Positions 33,569 to 46,836 of a DNA stretch of 64,000 bases are shown piece by piece. The stretch is taken from NCBI GenBank assembly GCA_951406725.2, contig OX597837.1, positions 47,802,001 through 47,866,000 of the forward strand. Direction: 5' to 3'. Below the pieces are notes generated by a model. It ran no database searches. It was not told where the DNA came from and worked only from the letters and a program-made list of their open reading frames with translations. How positions within the stretch are numbered: the first letter of the stretch is position 1; every line of letters begins with the position of its first letter. Source of the DNA: Octopus vulgaris (lineage: Eukaryota). The position numbers were made by a program, and so were the translations under genes.

Positions 33569-36127
33569 TAAAGTTTGAGATTTTTTTTCTAGGTGGTTTG
33601 AGACTTTTTCAGGAGAGACATTTATTAATTTCAAAGAAGTACAAAACTCAAATCTCCTTCAAAGTAGAATCCTCTGACTTCAATGTGCTTGTTGTAGCAC
33701 TCCATCTACTTCATGAGGGCCCCCATGGAAGTCCCCCCAAAGTGTCCAAGACCCATGTCACAATCACACGTCACTCCTTCAGCTTAGAGAACAGCCAAAA
33801 GTCACAAGGAGCAAGGTCTGAACTGCAGGGATGGTGAGGGACATTTTTGATGCTCATCTCTGTCGAGTAGATGGAATTGGAGATTGGTGCATTGTCCTGG
33901 TGCAGGTGCTCTGGTCTTTTGTGAAAAAAATCTCTTCCTGAACTCCTTCAAAAAAAAAAAAAAAATTGTTGACCATCTACTCAGTGGTTGTAGATAATGC
34001 CGTGCTGTAAAAAAAAGGGGATCTTTTTTTTTTGACAGTAAGGGCATCAATCATCATCATCATCGTTTAACGTCTACTTTTCATGCTGACATGGGTTGGA
34101 TGGTTCAACTGAGTCTGGGAAGCCAGAAGGCTACACCAGGCCCAGTCTGATCTGGCAATGTTTCTACGGCTGGATGCCCTTCCTAAAGCCAACCACTCCA
34201 TGAGTGTAGTGGGTGCTTTTTACGTGCCAGACGAGGCTGGCAAACGGCCACGATCGGATAGTTCTTTTTACGTGCCACCGGCACGGAGGCCAGGCAAGGC
34301 TGGCAATGGCCACAATCAGATGGTGCTTTTTACGTGCCACTGGCATGGAGGCAGTCGGGGTGGTGCTGCCATGGCCACGTTTGGATGGTTCTCATACCGG
34401 CACTGGTATCACAGCTACGATTTCCATTGATGTTGATCGATTTTGATTTTGTTTTTGTTTTTCACTTGCCTCAACAGGTCTCACAAGTAGAGTTTTGTGT
34501 CCCAAGAAGGAAAGGTATGCATAAAGTGGGCTGAGGCCACGGGTTATGGCCTCACTTGTCCTGCCGGGTCTTCTTACGCACAGCATACTTCCAAAGGTCT
34601 CGGTCTCTAGTCATTTCCTCGGTGAAACCTAAAGTTCGAAGGTCGTGCTTCACCACCTCGTCCCAGGTTTTCCTGGGTCTACCTCTTCCACAGGTTCCCT
34701 CAACTGCTAGGGTGTGGCACTTTTTCACACAACTATCTTCATCCATTCTCGCCACATAACCATACCAGCGTAAACGTCTCTCTTGCACACCACAACTGAT
34801 TCTTCTTAGGTCCAATTTTTCTCTTAAGGTACTTACACTCTGTCGAGTATGAACACTGACATTACACATCCATCAGAGCATACTGGCGTCATTTCTTGTG
34901 AGCTTACGCATATCCTCAACAGTCACGGCCCATGTTTCACTGCCATGTAGCATGGCTGTTCGTACACATGCATCATACAGTCTGTCTTTTACTCTGAGTG
35001 AGAGGCCTTTCGTCCCTAGCAGAGGTAAGAGCTCTCTGAACTTTGCCCAGGCTATTCTTACTCTAGCAGTTACACTTTCAACACACCCGCCCCTGCTACT
35101 GACTTGGTCACCTAGGTAATGGAAGCTATCAACTATTTCTAGTTTTTCTCCCTGGAATGTAGCGGAAGTTGGTCTCTGCGCATTTTCAGTGTTTATTGCT
35201 CCTGAGCATCTGCCATCTACCTGAAGGTGTTTGTGACTTGTCTACCTTCCTACATATTAGGACTTTGGTTTTAGCTAGGTTGACTCTAAGGCCCTTCGAT
35301 TCTAATCCTTGCTTCCACACCTGAAACTTCTCCTCCAGTTCTGATAGTGACTCAGCAATAAGAGCAAGGTCGTCAGCGTAGAGGAGCTCCCAGGGACAAC
35401 CTATCTTGAATTCCTCTGTTATTGCCTGGAGGACTATGATAAATAGGAGGGGCTGAGGACTGAACCTTGGTGGACCCCTACCTCTACCCGGAATTCTTCA
35501 CTGTACTCCTTGCCAACCCTCACCTTACTAGCAGCGTCCCTGTACATGGCTTGCACAGCTCTCACTAACCATTCATCTATCCCTAGTTTCCTCATTGACC
35601 ACCTGATAAGGGATCGGGGGACCCTGTCGAAGGCTTTCTCCATGTCAACTAAAGCCAGGTACAGGGGCTTATCTTTGGCTAGATATTTCTCCTGCAGCTG
35701 TCTTACCAGGAATATGGCATCAATGGTGCTTTTCCCTGGCACGAACCCAGACTGCATCTCATCTAAACTAACTCTCTCTCTAATCAGTTTGGCTATGACC
35801 CTCTCCGTAACCTTCATTACTTGATCCAACAGCTTGATACCTCTGTAATTATTTGTATCTAGGGCATCACCTTTACGATAACACTGAAATGGTGCTTTTT
35901 ACACGCCACCGGCACGGAAGCCAGACAGCTGCTCTGGCAGTGATCCCACTCGGATGGAGCTGTTAGCGCTCCACTGGCACAGGTGCCAGTCATCGAATTT
36001 GTTTCGATTTCACCTGCACCAACAGGTCTTCGCAAGCAGAGTAAATGATATATTGAAATTACAATAATGTAAGACAGTTACAACTGCCTCTCCTGAAAAT
36101 GTCTCATAACTTCTGGAATGCACCTTA
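33569..36127 (-). mobile_element. Tc1/mariner remnant with TA target-site duplication, itself interrupted by an RTE
   Basis: Terminal inverted similarity (tgagactttttcaggagag at ~33599 versus ctctcctgaaaatgtctca at ~36088). The minus strand at ~33790-33830 reads SSDLAPCDFWLFSKLK, a mariner YSPDLAPxD-type motif. Confidence 0.8.
34049..36040 (-). mobile_element. Young 5'-truncated RTE LINE lacking the PHD segment, with an extra 3'-UTR piece at its 5' junction
   Basis: ORFs 35434-35829 and 34552-34869; (CAT)n tail at ~34050-34065; 35880-36040 resembles the 3' UTR type seen at 12665-12840. Confidence 0.9.
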
Positions 36128-36529
36128 TACTTGGCTAAGAGTAAACTATTCCTGACATTTGTTGACTTGGAGAAGGCATTTGACTGGGTGTCACATTCAG
36201 TAACCTGGTGGTCAGTAAGGAAAATAGGTGTTGATAAATGACCTGGGAGTGTTGTACGAACTATGTATAAAGATGCAGTAAGTAAATTGGGGTTCAACAA
36301 TGATTTTGGTGATAGATTTAGTGTGAAGGTAGACGTCCATCACAGCTCAGTCTTCTATTCATCATAGTCCTGTTGGCCATCATAGAGGCATTTATCATGA
36401 GAACTCCTCAATGCTGATGATCTAGTTCTCATAGGTGAATCAATGGTGGAATTAAAGAAGAAATTTTGGGTATGTAAGCTAAATCTTAAAGGCCTGAAGG
36501 TAAATCTAGCAATGATGAAGGTTTACAGA

Positions 36530-38930
36530 CTTGTAACATAGAGGTTAATTGGGAATTCTTGCAGGTCAGCTTATTGAGTGCCACATACCAAATCTAAGTC
36601 TCATCCAGACCTAGAATGATGTGGTGGAATGATGCTATAGACATGGCCACTAGAGCAAAGAAGCAGGCCTGGAAGAATTGGGGTAGCAGGGAACTGTATC
36701 AGATAGCCAGAAGAGAAGCTAGAAGACAGGTATATCTAGCCAAGGGAGAAGCAGAAAAGAAGTTAGTGTTCAGCAATGTGAATACCAAAGACTTGAAGTC
36801 TTTCAGATTGCAAGACAGGTGTGTGAGAGAAAATTGCTATGTCATAGGTGAGAAATGTGTCTGCACGAATGATGGTGCACTTGCATTAAAAATTCTGTAA
36901 AGAAAGAGGCTTGGAAATGTCATAATGTTGAATGTGGAGAATGGATGGTGGGGAGGAGAGTCTGCCAAATGTTGACTCAAATGAGGGACCAGCTATCCGA
37001 GTGCCTTGGTAGATAAAGCAATTAAGGTTATGAAGACAGGGAAAGCCCCAGCCCATCAGGAATCACCACTGAGATGCTTAAAATATCTGGCTGTGTAGGT
37101 TATGGTCTACTCACCTGTATTGTAAATCAGGTGGTTCACGGAGGAGTCCTACTCAATGACTAGTGTAATAGCACCGTAGTCAACTACTACAAAGGTAAAG
37201 GTGATGCCTTAGAAATAATTACAGAGGTATCAAATTGTTGGATCAGGTGGTGAAATTTATGGAGAGGGTCATAGCCTAACTATTTAGGGAAAGAGTTAGT
37301 CTAGGTGAGATGCAGTTTGGTTTTGTGCCAGGGAGAAGCACCACTGATGCTATATTTCTGGTAAGGCAGCTTCAGGAGAAATACATAGCCACAGACAAAC
37401 CTCTGTACTTCCCTTTGGTTGACTTGGAGAAAGCCTTTGACAGGATCCCCCGATCCCTTATCTGGTGGTCAATGTGGAAACTCATGATAGACAAGTGGTT
37501 GGTGAAAACTGTCAAATACAAACCATGTACAAGGACACTGTCAGTAAGGTGATGGTTGGCAATAAGTATAGTGAAGAATTCCATGTAGAAGTAGGGGTTC
37601 ACCAAGGATCAGTCCTCAGCCCCCTCTTGTTCATCATAGTCCTCCAGGCAGTAACAGAGGAATTTAAGACAGGTTGCCCATGGGAACTCCACTATGCTGA
37701 TGACCTTGTTCTTATAGCTGAATCACTACCAGAACTAGAGAAGTTTCAGGTGTGGAAGCAAGGTCTAGAATTGAAGTGCCTGAAAGAGTTAACTTAGCAA
37801 AAACCAAAGTCTTAGAGGAAGGCAAACAAATCACATTCCTTCAGGTAGATGGCCTTGCTTGATCTGTAGGCATAGGTAGAAACTCCATAAGATATACCTG
37901 GTGTAAGCTTTGGACTCATAAGAGGCAGTAATATCAGAGGAAGGTTAACAGGGAAAATAGCTTTTGTGTGTGGAAGATGCACAGGTACAATAAACACCTA
38001 AAATGTACAGAAAATAGACTCCAACTATCAGCGGGGTAAGCTAGAGGTAGTAGATAACTTGTTATCTAGGTGCCTCAGTTAGTAGCGGAGGTGGATGCTC
38101 CGAGAATGTAGTTGTGAGAATAAGAATTGGCCGGGCAAAGTTCAGAGCTCCTACCTCTGCTGGCAACAAAGGGCCTCTCCCTCAGAGTGAATGCTACATG
38201 TCAGTGAAACCTGGGCTGTGACAGCAGAGGATATGCATAGGCTTGAAAGAAATGAAGCCATTATGCTTTGCTGGATGTGCAATGTCAGTGTACATGCTCG
38301 ACAAATTGTAAGCATCTTGAAAAAAAGTTGGGCATGAGAGGCATCAGATGTGGTGTGCAAGAGAGACAACTGCTAGTATGGTCATGTGATGCTTATGGAT
38401 GAGCTGTGTAAAGAAGTGCCAATCTCTAACTGTAGAGGTAGATGCAGGAAGATATGAGATGAGGTGGTAAAGCAATGACTGATACCTTCGGCAATATGTT
38501 GTGCTTGAGAAGACCAAGTGAAATTGTAGTTGTGGCTGATGCTGGTATCATGTAACTAGCACCCGTGCTGGTGGCACATAAAAAGCACCTTTCAAGCATT
38601 GGGCCTCACAGAGGCAAGGTGGCATGTGAAAAGCACCTTTTAAGTGTTAGGCCCCACAGAAGCAATGACGAATGACTGAGACCTTAGGCATTATGCCGTG
38701 CTTGAGAAGAAGACCCATCAAGCCAAGTAAAATTGCAGTCGTGGCAGCTACTGGTGTCATGCAAATGGCACCCATTACACTCATGGAGTGGTTGGCGTTA
38801 GGAAGGACAGCCAGCTGTAGAAACCATGCCAAATCAGACTGGAGGTTGGTGCAGCCTTCCAGCTTGCCAGCCTTGGTCAAACCATCCAACTCATGCCAGC
38901 ATGGACAATGGGTGTTAAATGATGATGAGA
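36530..38930 (+). mobile_element. Degenerate RTE LINE (linker to 3' tail)
   Basis: MQFGFVPGRSTTDAIFLVRQLQEKY, GVHQGSVLSPLLF, ELHYADDLVL; 3' ttaggaagg...gatgatga. Confidence 0.9.
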
Positions 38931-39700
38931 CCCTGTGGCCTTCAGGGGAAAAGGCCTTTCTCAATATGCAGAAAAGGAGTAGGAATAGCCATCATATATT
39001 TACCCAATGTAAGCTATGGACATACAAGGGATTGTGGAATCTCAGGTAAGCTATCTTCATATGTGACAAATGTGCTGCAGCAATACATATAATGAGCACA
39101 CCAGAAATTGACTCTCTTAAATGCCTGGAGGACTTATTAGTAATAGTCAGTAGCTTTTGTTACCTAGGAGACATAATTACCAGTGGAAGTGGTACCTCTG
39201 AAAGTATAATAGTCAGAGTAAAAGTAGGTTGGAAAAAGTTCAAGGAGTTACTACTACTACTGTTGGAAACAAAGTTTTTTTTTTGTCACATTGAAGGGCA
39301 GATTGTATGATGCTTGTGTTAGAACTGCAATACTGTATAGTAGTGACATGAGCTGTGAATGCAGACAATTTTAGAAAACTGGAAATAAATGAAGCTAGCA
39401 TGCTCTGTTGGATGTTTAGTGTGAGTGTGCATTAATGATAGTACAAATATGTTGAAAGGAAATTGGGCATAAACAGAATCAGATGTAGAGTGTGCAAGAC
39501 AGTAGAATGCATTGGTGAGGATGTATGGTACATGTGGATGAAGATAAATCTATAAAGAAGTGCTGATTACTTAATGTGGATGGAGTTTGTAAAAAGTTGA
39601 GACCCAGGAAGACATGGGATGAAATAGTGATGGTTGATCCTAGGACTTTGAACTTCAAGAAGAGATGACTGGACTGGCAACATGTAATGTAATACATGAA
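38930..39700 (+). mobile_element. Older RTE LINE 3' fragment
   Basis: CKLW PHD remnant, SFCYLGD, RVKVGWKKFKELL and RPRKTWDE. Confidence 0.75.
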
Positions 39701-40411
39701 ATGATGTGCCCATCTCAGTGAATCTCTTTGTTACCTAACTGCAGTATTCTGCTGCTGTAATTAAATGTTAGCAGAACTGTACTTGACCAGCTTTACATCT
39801 CTTGCTCTACCCTTACACTCTTGTATCTTACCCAACCATACATCTCGTTCTCTCATGCTTCCTCTGCCTGTTGTATCATTATCATCATTATTATTATTAT
39901 TATTCTGCTGTTTTTCTTCATCCCTTTCTGTACTGTCAATCATCATCTACTCTCCCCTACCTCTCCTAATTCATATGTATTGTTGATCACCCCTCCTCCA
40001 TCCAGTACTCACTGCATCCACTGTTCAACACTCCTGTCTCTAGTCATCATCTGCTTTTCCTGTTGTTTATCATTCCTCAGTGCTTGTTCTTCAATTATTA
40101 CGTTCACTCCCTTATTCCCTGTCTCTAAACCTTCTCTTACCCCTCTACATTCACTACATCCAACCCTAAATACTACTTGATCTCTAGTCATCATCAACTC
40201 TTCCCTACCTTTTATCAATCCTTGTTCTTGATTCATTATATTTGTCTCCTCATCCATTCCTTCCCCATTTTAGATTTTAGGCATTTCTGTAGTTTTTCAA
40301 CTCACTTTATTACTTGTATGAAATGTTACTGTGTCTGTATTTAGTATACATAACATTTCTCGGAGTTATTTTCTTCTCTCTTGTTAATATTTGGAAATCT
40401 CTCTTTTTCAG

Positions 40412-40554
40412 CTGAGAAGTTTCTGGAATCTGTTGAAATAAACCAAAACTACCCTATGTTATTGCTGAAGTTGTTAGACAATTCTGTTGATGCTCACATC
40501 CGTCTTAGTGCAGCTGTTACCTTCAAGAATTATATCAAGAGAAACTGGCGACAG
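40412..40554 (+). CDS. CSE1L: Exportin-2 coding exon 2 (importin-beta N-terminal domain)
   Basis: ctttttcag|CT...CAG|gtattt; (A)EKFLESVEINQNYPMLLLKLLDNSVDAHIRLSAAVTFKNYIKRNWRQ; phase fits the previous exon. Confidence 0.97.
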
Positions 40555-41879
40555 GTATTTTTCTGCATCATATATTCACCTAAGACATCAAATTGACAGA
40601 GTTATTAGATGGTTGGATAGAATGTCTTCTGGTATTTATTTTGATTCTGTGCTTTAAGTTCAAATGCCATCTAAATCAGCTTTGCTATTTATCTTCTTAG
40701 GAATGAAAATGTTTCAATGTGGGCAGTGGATTGGTGGGACTTTTAGAGTGTTAGACTGGATGGCATGCAGTATCTGCTCTGGCTCTTGGTATTCTGACAA
40801 CATTTGCAGTAACACTGGTACCAAGTTGTATTAACCTTAAAGCTGTGCCCTTGCCTTTTGAGAATATCAGTAACTGTGGAGAGAGAAGACTTGTATGTCT
40901 GGGCAACTCTCTGTCTTCTACTAAAAAATAAACCTTACTTAGGCCTGTGCAGATACAGGCTGGCAGAAACCCTTATATTTATATGTATGTAGTTGTTTCT
41001 TTAACACCAAGTCAGTCTAGAAGAAGCACACCTATCATGATAATCATTTCAGTTGTAATGTGACCATTTTTATTTATCTGTCTTTTCCAATGTGTCCTTT
41101 TGAATGCAGGCAGGATGCGATGTGAGGAGATTTGGCTGTTATCTTTAGTAAATTGAGTAAATATTATAGGTTCCTTCATTGGCTTATTTCGTTCCAGGTC
41201 AGCCTTGTTCCAGCAGACCTCTGATCAAAGACATTCTTGTCATGATCATTCTGAAGAGCTATGTTGTCTAAAGTGTTTTTCCTTTTTTTTTTTTTTTGAA
41301 CAGCTGAGCATAATTTATGGGAAATTTAATGGTTATTCATTATAGGCAGATCCCTTGTTATCCTTATCATGCAAGAAAAGGAAGTCACTTTTTAATGGTC
41401 TTGATTAAATTGTCATTCAGTTTTCCCTGATCAATGAGGTTAGTTTGGCTGTGTGATTATGAAGTTTGCTTCACAATTAAATGTTTTCGAGTTCCGTCCT
41501 TTTGTGTGGCACCTTGGACAAGGTGTCTTCTACAGCCTTGGTCAAACTGGTGCTTTGTGAGGAAAATTTGGTACATGGAAACTGAATGGAAGCCCATGTA
41601 TGTATGTTTTCACATGCCTTCACATTAATACCCTTTGAACAAAAAATGTTATCTTATTTACATCTCGTGATAACAATACATCTGTGACTTGATAGTTTCC
41701 TTGATTTTGAGTGAAGACCTGCAGAACAAAAATACCTTACCTGAAAACATGAAAGGGTTGGAGACCGGAAGTGTATTTGGCTAATGAATACTCCTTCACT
41801 AATCTTTCCAAACCTATGCCAACATAGTAAAAGCAGATATGGAGATAATGATGGTCACTCATGTATCTTGTGAATGATA

Positions 41880-42090
41880 GTGGCGAGCTGGCAGAAACGT
41901 TAGCACGCCGGGCAAAACGCGTAGCCGTTACGTTCTGAGTTCAAATTCCGCCGTGGTCAACTTTGCCTTTCATCCTTTCGGGGTCGATAAATTAAGTACC
42001 TGTTACGCACTGGGGTCGATGTAATCGAGTTAATCCGTTTGTCCTTGTTTGTCCCCTCTGTGTGTAGCCCCTTGTGGGTAGTAAAGAAAC
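41880..42090 (+). mobile_element. Deu/Nin-like tRNA SINE
   Basis: Head, core and tail are close to the copy at 15474. Confidence 0.88.
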
Positions 42091-42294
42091 AGATAGCATC
42101 TTTGATGATATGTTTCCTATGGGCTGATCAATGGTTTATTGTATTTCTGTCAGTAAGAGTGACAAGGTGTGTCCTTTTGTCTTCAATTGACTATATATAT
42201 TATTTTTATTGTATGCGCAGGTTCGTGTTTTATTTTTGTTATATTCATACACACAGACATACATATATATATATACATGCATGTGTAAGAGAAA

Positions 42295-43135
42295 TGACTA
42301 TGCTGGTATGGTCATGTGGCAAGAATGGATGAGGATAGCTGTGTGAAAAAGTGTCACACTCTAGCGGTTGAGGGAACCTGTGGAAGAGGTAGACCCAGGA
42401 AGACCTGGGATGAAGTGGTGAAGCACGACCTTCGAACTTTAGGCCTCACCAAGGAAATGACTAGTGACCGAGACTTTTGGAAATATGCTGTGCTTGAGAA
42501 GACCCGGCAAACCAAATGAGACCATAACTCGTGGTCTATGTCAGGGGTGTAAACAGCCCACTTACGCATACCTTTTCCTTCTTTGGACACTAAACTATGC
42601 TTGCGAAGACCTGTTGTGGCAAGTGAAATCCAAATCAAATTCGATGACTGGCGTCTGTGCAAAGAGCACCATACGAGTGTGATCGTTGACAGAGCGGCTA
42701 ATCGGTTTCCGTACCAGTGGCACATAAAAGGCACCATTCGAGTGTGATTGTTACTAGTGTCGCCTTACTGGCACTTGAGCCGCGTGATCGTTGCCAGAGC
42801 AGCCAACTGGCTTCCATGCCGGTGGCACGTAAAAGGGCACCATTCAAGCGTGATCGTTACTGCCGTCGCCTTACTGGCACCTGTGCTGGTGGCATGTGTA
42901 AAAAGATTTGAGTGAGGTCATTGCCAGTACCGCCTGACTGGCCCCTGTGCCAGTGGCACATAAATGCACCCACTACTCTCTAGGAGTGGTTGGCATTAGG
43001 AAGGGCATCCAGCTGTAGAAACTCTGCCAGATCAAGATTGGAGCCTGGTGCAGCCGTATGGTTCACCAGCCCTCAGTCAAATCGTCCAACCCATGCTAGC
43101 ATGGAGAGTGGACGTTAACCAATGATGATGATGAT
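42295..43135 (+). mobile_element. RTE 3' end with modular 3' UTR and (ATG)n tail
   Basis: ORF MARMDEDSCVKKCHTLAVEGTCGRGRPRKTW; several ggtggcacgtaaaagcacc-like modules. Confidence 0.9.
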
Positions 43136-43318
43136 AAGTTGCTATACAGTTTCCATTTATTCAATTTCACTCACAAGTCATTTATTGACTAAAGTTCTAG
43201 TAGCAGACACATGAACAAAGTACCATGGAATAAGAAGATATCTGGAAACCCATAGTTGGGAATGAAACTGCTTAACAACATAAGCCATTTCCTTGCATCT
43301 GTATATGTTTATCTAGAT

Positions 43319-43663
43319 TAGTGGTTCTCAACTAGAGACTCCTGAGGGTACATATAAGATTTTTGGGGGTCCTGACAACAAAATAGTAAATTGGGGATCC
43401 ACAAAAGTATTTTAAGGGTCCTTGAAAAAGTTTTGCTTTAGAAATATGTATCGGTTGATGTATTGCAAGAAACAGCTAGGTTTCTTTCTCTAACATTTTA
43501 TATTGGTCAACCTACGACAAGTTAATATGTAAAAAACAAAATAGGAATTTTGAAAGAAGTTTCTATAAAACTAGTTTTTACACATTGAATAGCTATGGGG
43601 GTCCACCCGAATGAAATAGTAGTCAAAAGGGGTCTGTAGATGGAAAATGGCTGAGAATCTTTG
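43319..43663. mobile_element. hAT (Charlie-like) MITE with 8-bp TSD
   Basis: Ends tagtggttctcaac and gctgagaatctttg (degenerate CAGTGGTTCTCAAC TIR); flanks atctagat and atccagat fit the NTCTAGAN target. Confidence 0.8.
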
Positions 43664-44019
43664 ATCCAGATGGTCCCTTGCAGCTGAATTGGTTGCTGCA
43701 AAGGAGATGTTTTCAAGAGCTATGGACAACTATTCAGTCATTATCATCATCCTCATCATTACCATTTAACATCTGTTGTCCATGCTGGCATGGGTTGGAC
43801 TGCTTGACCAGGGCTGGCAAACTGGAAGAAGGCTGTTTAGGAAGAAATGTCATCATTGAAAAAGAGTTCCATGTTATTGTGAATGCCACTAGCAGCTAGG
43901 GCTGTATACTTCACCAGTTTTTCAAATTGGTTATAAGAAAACTGGAATAACATTTAAGCAGATATATGGTGAAAGCTGCTAAGGCTGTCTAAAGCACCAC
44001 TCTCCATGTTGGTGAGAAG

Positions 44020-44612
44020 TATCAAGAACAAGGTTTAATGCATTTATGCATAGCTTCAGCAAAATGAAAGTCCAGAATGGCCTGTAAAGTGATAGAATTA
44101 GTCTCCAATGAAGTAGTTGCTACTGTAGTAGAAGAAGAAGAAACAGCAGCAAGTCTGTTACCAGTGTACTTCAATATTTTATCAACCAAAGAAGCTAACT
44201 GATCAAATGTATTGACCTCTATCATAGGAGCAAGAATGGCTTGCACATTTGAAGGCAAATGGAAGAAGACGAGCTGTTTTCTGAAGAACCCTCGGTGAGT
44301 TCTCACATTCTGCGAGAGAGTTGGGTCGGCATCCTGTCGCCCAAATATTCATAGGCATCTTTAGATCTGTCAGTTACAAGATTCTTTAGAGGAGCTGACA
44401 GGGATGAAGGAATGGCACTCAGTAAAATATGTAGTTATTGCTGCTCTGAGCTAATACCATTCTCAGCAAAGTACGATTCCAACTGCACAAACCAAATTCT
44501 TACATTAAATGCTGGTAATGAAGAGTGATTCATAATTGCAAAAAATCAGTCTGTTATGAAAGAATAAAAACAAGTGAGCACAATCTTCAAGGAAGGGAAT
44601 TCACCAGTATGG
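44020..44612 (-). mobile_element. Gypsy-type LTR retrotransposon gag remnant
   Basis: Frameshifted IWFVQLESYF...LGDRMPTQLSRRM...HLPSNVQAIL...LASLVDKIL...KCIKPC; PBS-like ctggtga just upstream (~44603-44609). Confidence 0.7.
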
Positions 44613-46836
44613 CAATAAAAAGAATATTAATCCCTAGTGGTTTGTTTTATTTTCCTTTAAAATTTTTCTAAAACAAATCTAAAATGAAGCAGGATCAAAA
44701 ATATTTTACCAATGGTGGCGAGTGGGAAAAAAATTAAGCATCAGTAAGACGAAGTATGAGTATTTGGTTCTGGTGCGCATGTGCAAAGTACCACAATGTT
44801 TCATGGCAGAAAGAAAAGTGAACAAGTCAGGTGGCCATCTATAAACTGCCTTCTGGAAATATTTTCTACACACATCTTGTTACACAACGAGTACATTACA
44901 TATAGACTTTCTTCACTATTGTCATTAGCAACTCCCTCCTCTATTGGAGTGAATTTTAGCTCAAGTAAAAGAAATCAAATTGAAATGCAGCAAGGTATGA
45001 GCGTCTGGCTCTAGCATGAGGCTGCCAGGAAATTGGGAATGTTGAAAACACAAAGTTCTGATGAAATAAAATGTGGTCAGTGAAATTTCAGATCTTCCTT
45101 TCTGGAGTATACTTATGCTATAAAATTTTTTTTGTAGGAAATATTTCCAAAAGAATATTCCAACATCAGAAAGTCACCAGTTTTTTAGGAAGAGTTCTGT
45201 GTTTCAAGAAATTCAGAAGGCATAATTCGTTTTTCGCACTTAATAATTTATTTTACTTCTTTAATGAATGCTAAACAAAGTGTGTATAAAGAAAAATTCT
45301 CCTGCTGTAAAAATGTTAATAAGCATAAAACATTTGTTGAAGGATATGTGTGTAGTGTGACATGATTTAATTTTTCACAACTTACTATGTATTTTAATTT
45401 TGGGGGTTTAGATACTGCAGAACAAAATACAAACAAATGCCAGAAAAGGTTGTGCAGTGTTAAAAGAAACTGGGACTGTCAGATTTGGCAAAACCTTCAA
45501 GTTGTTTATTAAAACTGGAATAACATTTTAGCTGGTATGTTGTGAATGCCACTAGCAGCTAGGGTTGTCTACTTCACCAGCACGACTAAATTACGACACA
45601 GCAATAAAATAGTTCTGTCATGCCTCACTACAGCTGCATCAGACTCCAGTCTGATTTGGCATGGTTTTCTACAGCTGGATGCCCTTCCTAATGCCAACCA
45701 CTCTGATAGTGTAACGAGTGCTTTTACATGCCATTTGCGTGACACCAATATCTGCCACAACTGCGATTTTACGTGGTTTGATGAGGCTTCTTCTCAAAGC
45801 ACAACAAACTGCCAAAGGTCTCAGTCATTTGCCATTGCTTCTATAAGGCCCAACACTCAAAAGGTGCTTTTTGCGTGCCAGTTACATGACACCAGCATCA
45901 GCCACGACTACGATTTCATAAATATCAATGGGTGGGCGAAGTGGGTGGGGTGGCAGAAACAGTAATAAATGCTGGACAAAATGACTTAAAGTATTTAGTT
46001 ACATCCTTTTATTCAAATCTCACCCTGGTTAGACTTACTTTTCATCCTGCTAAAATTGATAAAGTACCAGAGAAGTACTAGGGTATTGCACAACTGACTG
46101 TATCCTTTCCTTCAGAATATGTGTCTGTTAGAAATCACTAATAATAAAGGGACGATTAGCAGATACTCCTTTTTGTTAATGAGTGAAATGTTATCTATAT
46201 TTACTGTATATAATCACTACTGTCTGCCTGTGTTGTCAGTATAAATATTTTGGTAAAAATATTGTCAACCTGTGTTCACAGGTGCTTATTTACTGTAAAT
46301 GTTTCCTTGATTACATTTAACAGGTAGAAATATTACTATCTCTGTGTTATCAACATTCAATGTAAATGTCTCTTCACTGTCTACCTCATCATTGTCTGTT
46401 TCTTGCCTTCAGCATGGTTCTTCATAATTTAGCAGATTCAACAACAGAGAAAAACTGGTGGACTCTGATGTTGTGCATATAATTATTTTGGCATTGTCTA
46501 CATGATTGAATGTCCCTCTGATCAACCGTTGTTGATTGTATACATTTTATCCTGTTAGTAGAGAGGTTGTGGTTGACAAGACTTGCGAATGCAGTCTGTC
46601 TGTCTCCTTTGTTATCTTATAATAATTCTGCTTGTCATTGCATTACTTAGCCTGTCAGTAACGCTTTCACGTGATTAGAGAAAAAGAGGATAAGGTGAAG
46701 AAGAAAAGAGAAGCGTCCATGACATGTAGTAGGGGGAACATAATATTTATTATATAGTTAAAAAAAAGTTAGTTGAAGGTAGTAATATAGAGGAGATTTA
46801 GGAATATAATTTTAGCAGAGTGGTGATGATCTGATG

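Larger units (their letters stand above)
33040..36525 (+). mobile_element. Old RTE LINE split by a mariner insertion (segments 33040-33568 and 36128-36525)
   Basis: The reading frame ...RQLKEK|YLAKSKLFLTFVDLEKAFD... rejoins across the insertion at a duplicated TA. Confidence 0.8.
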
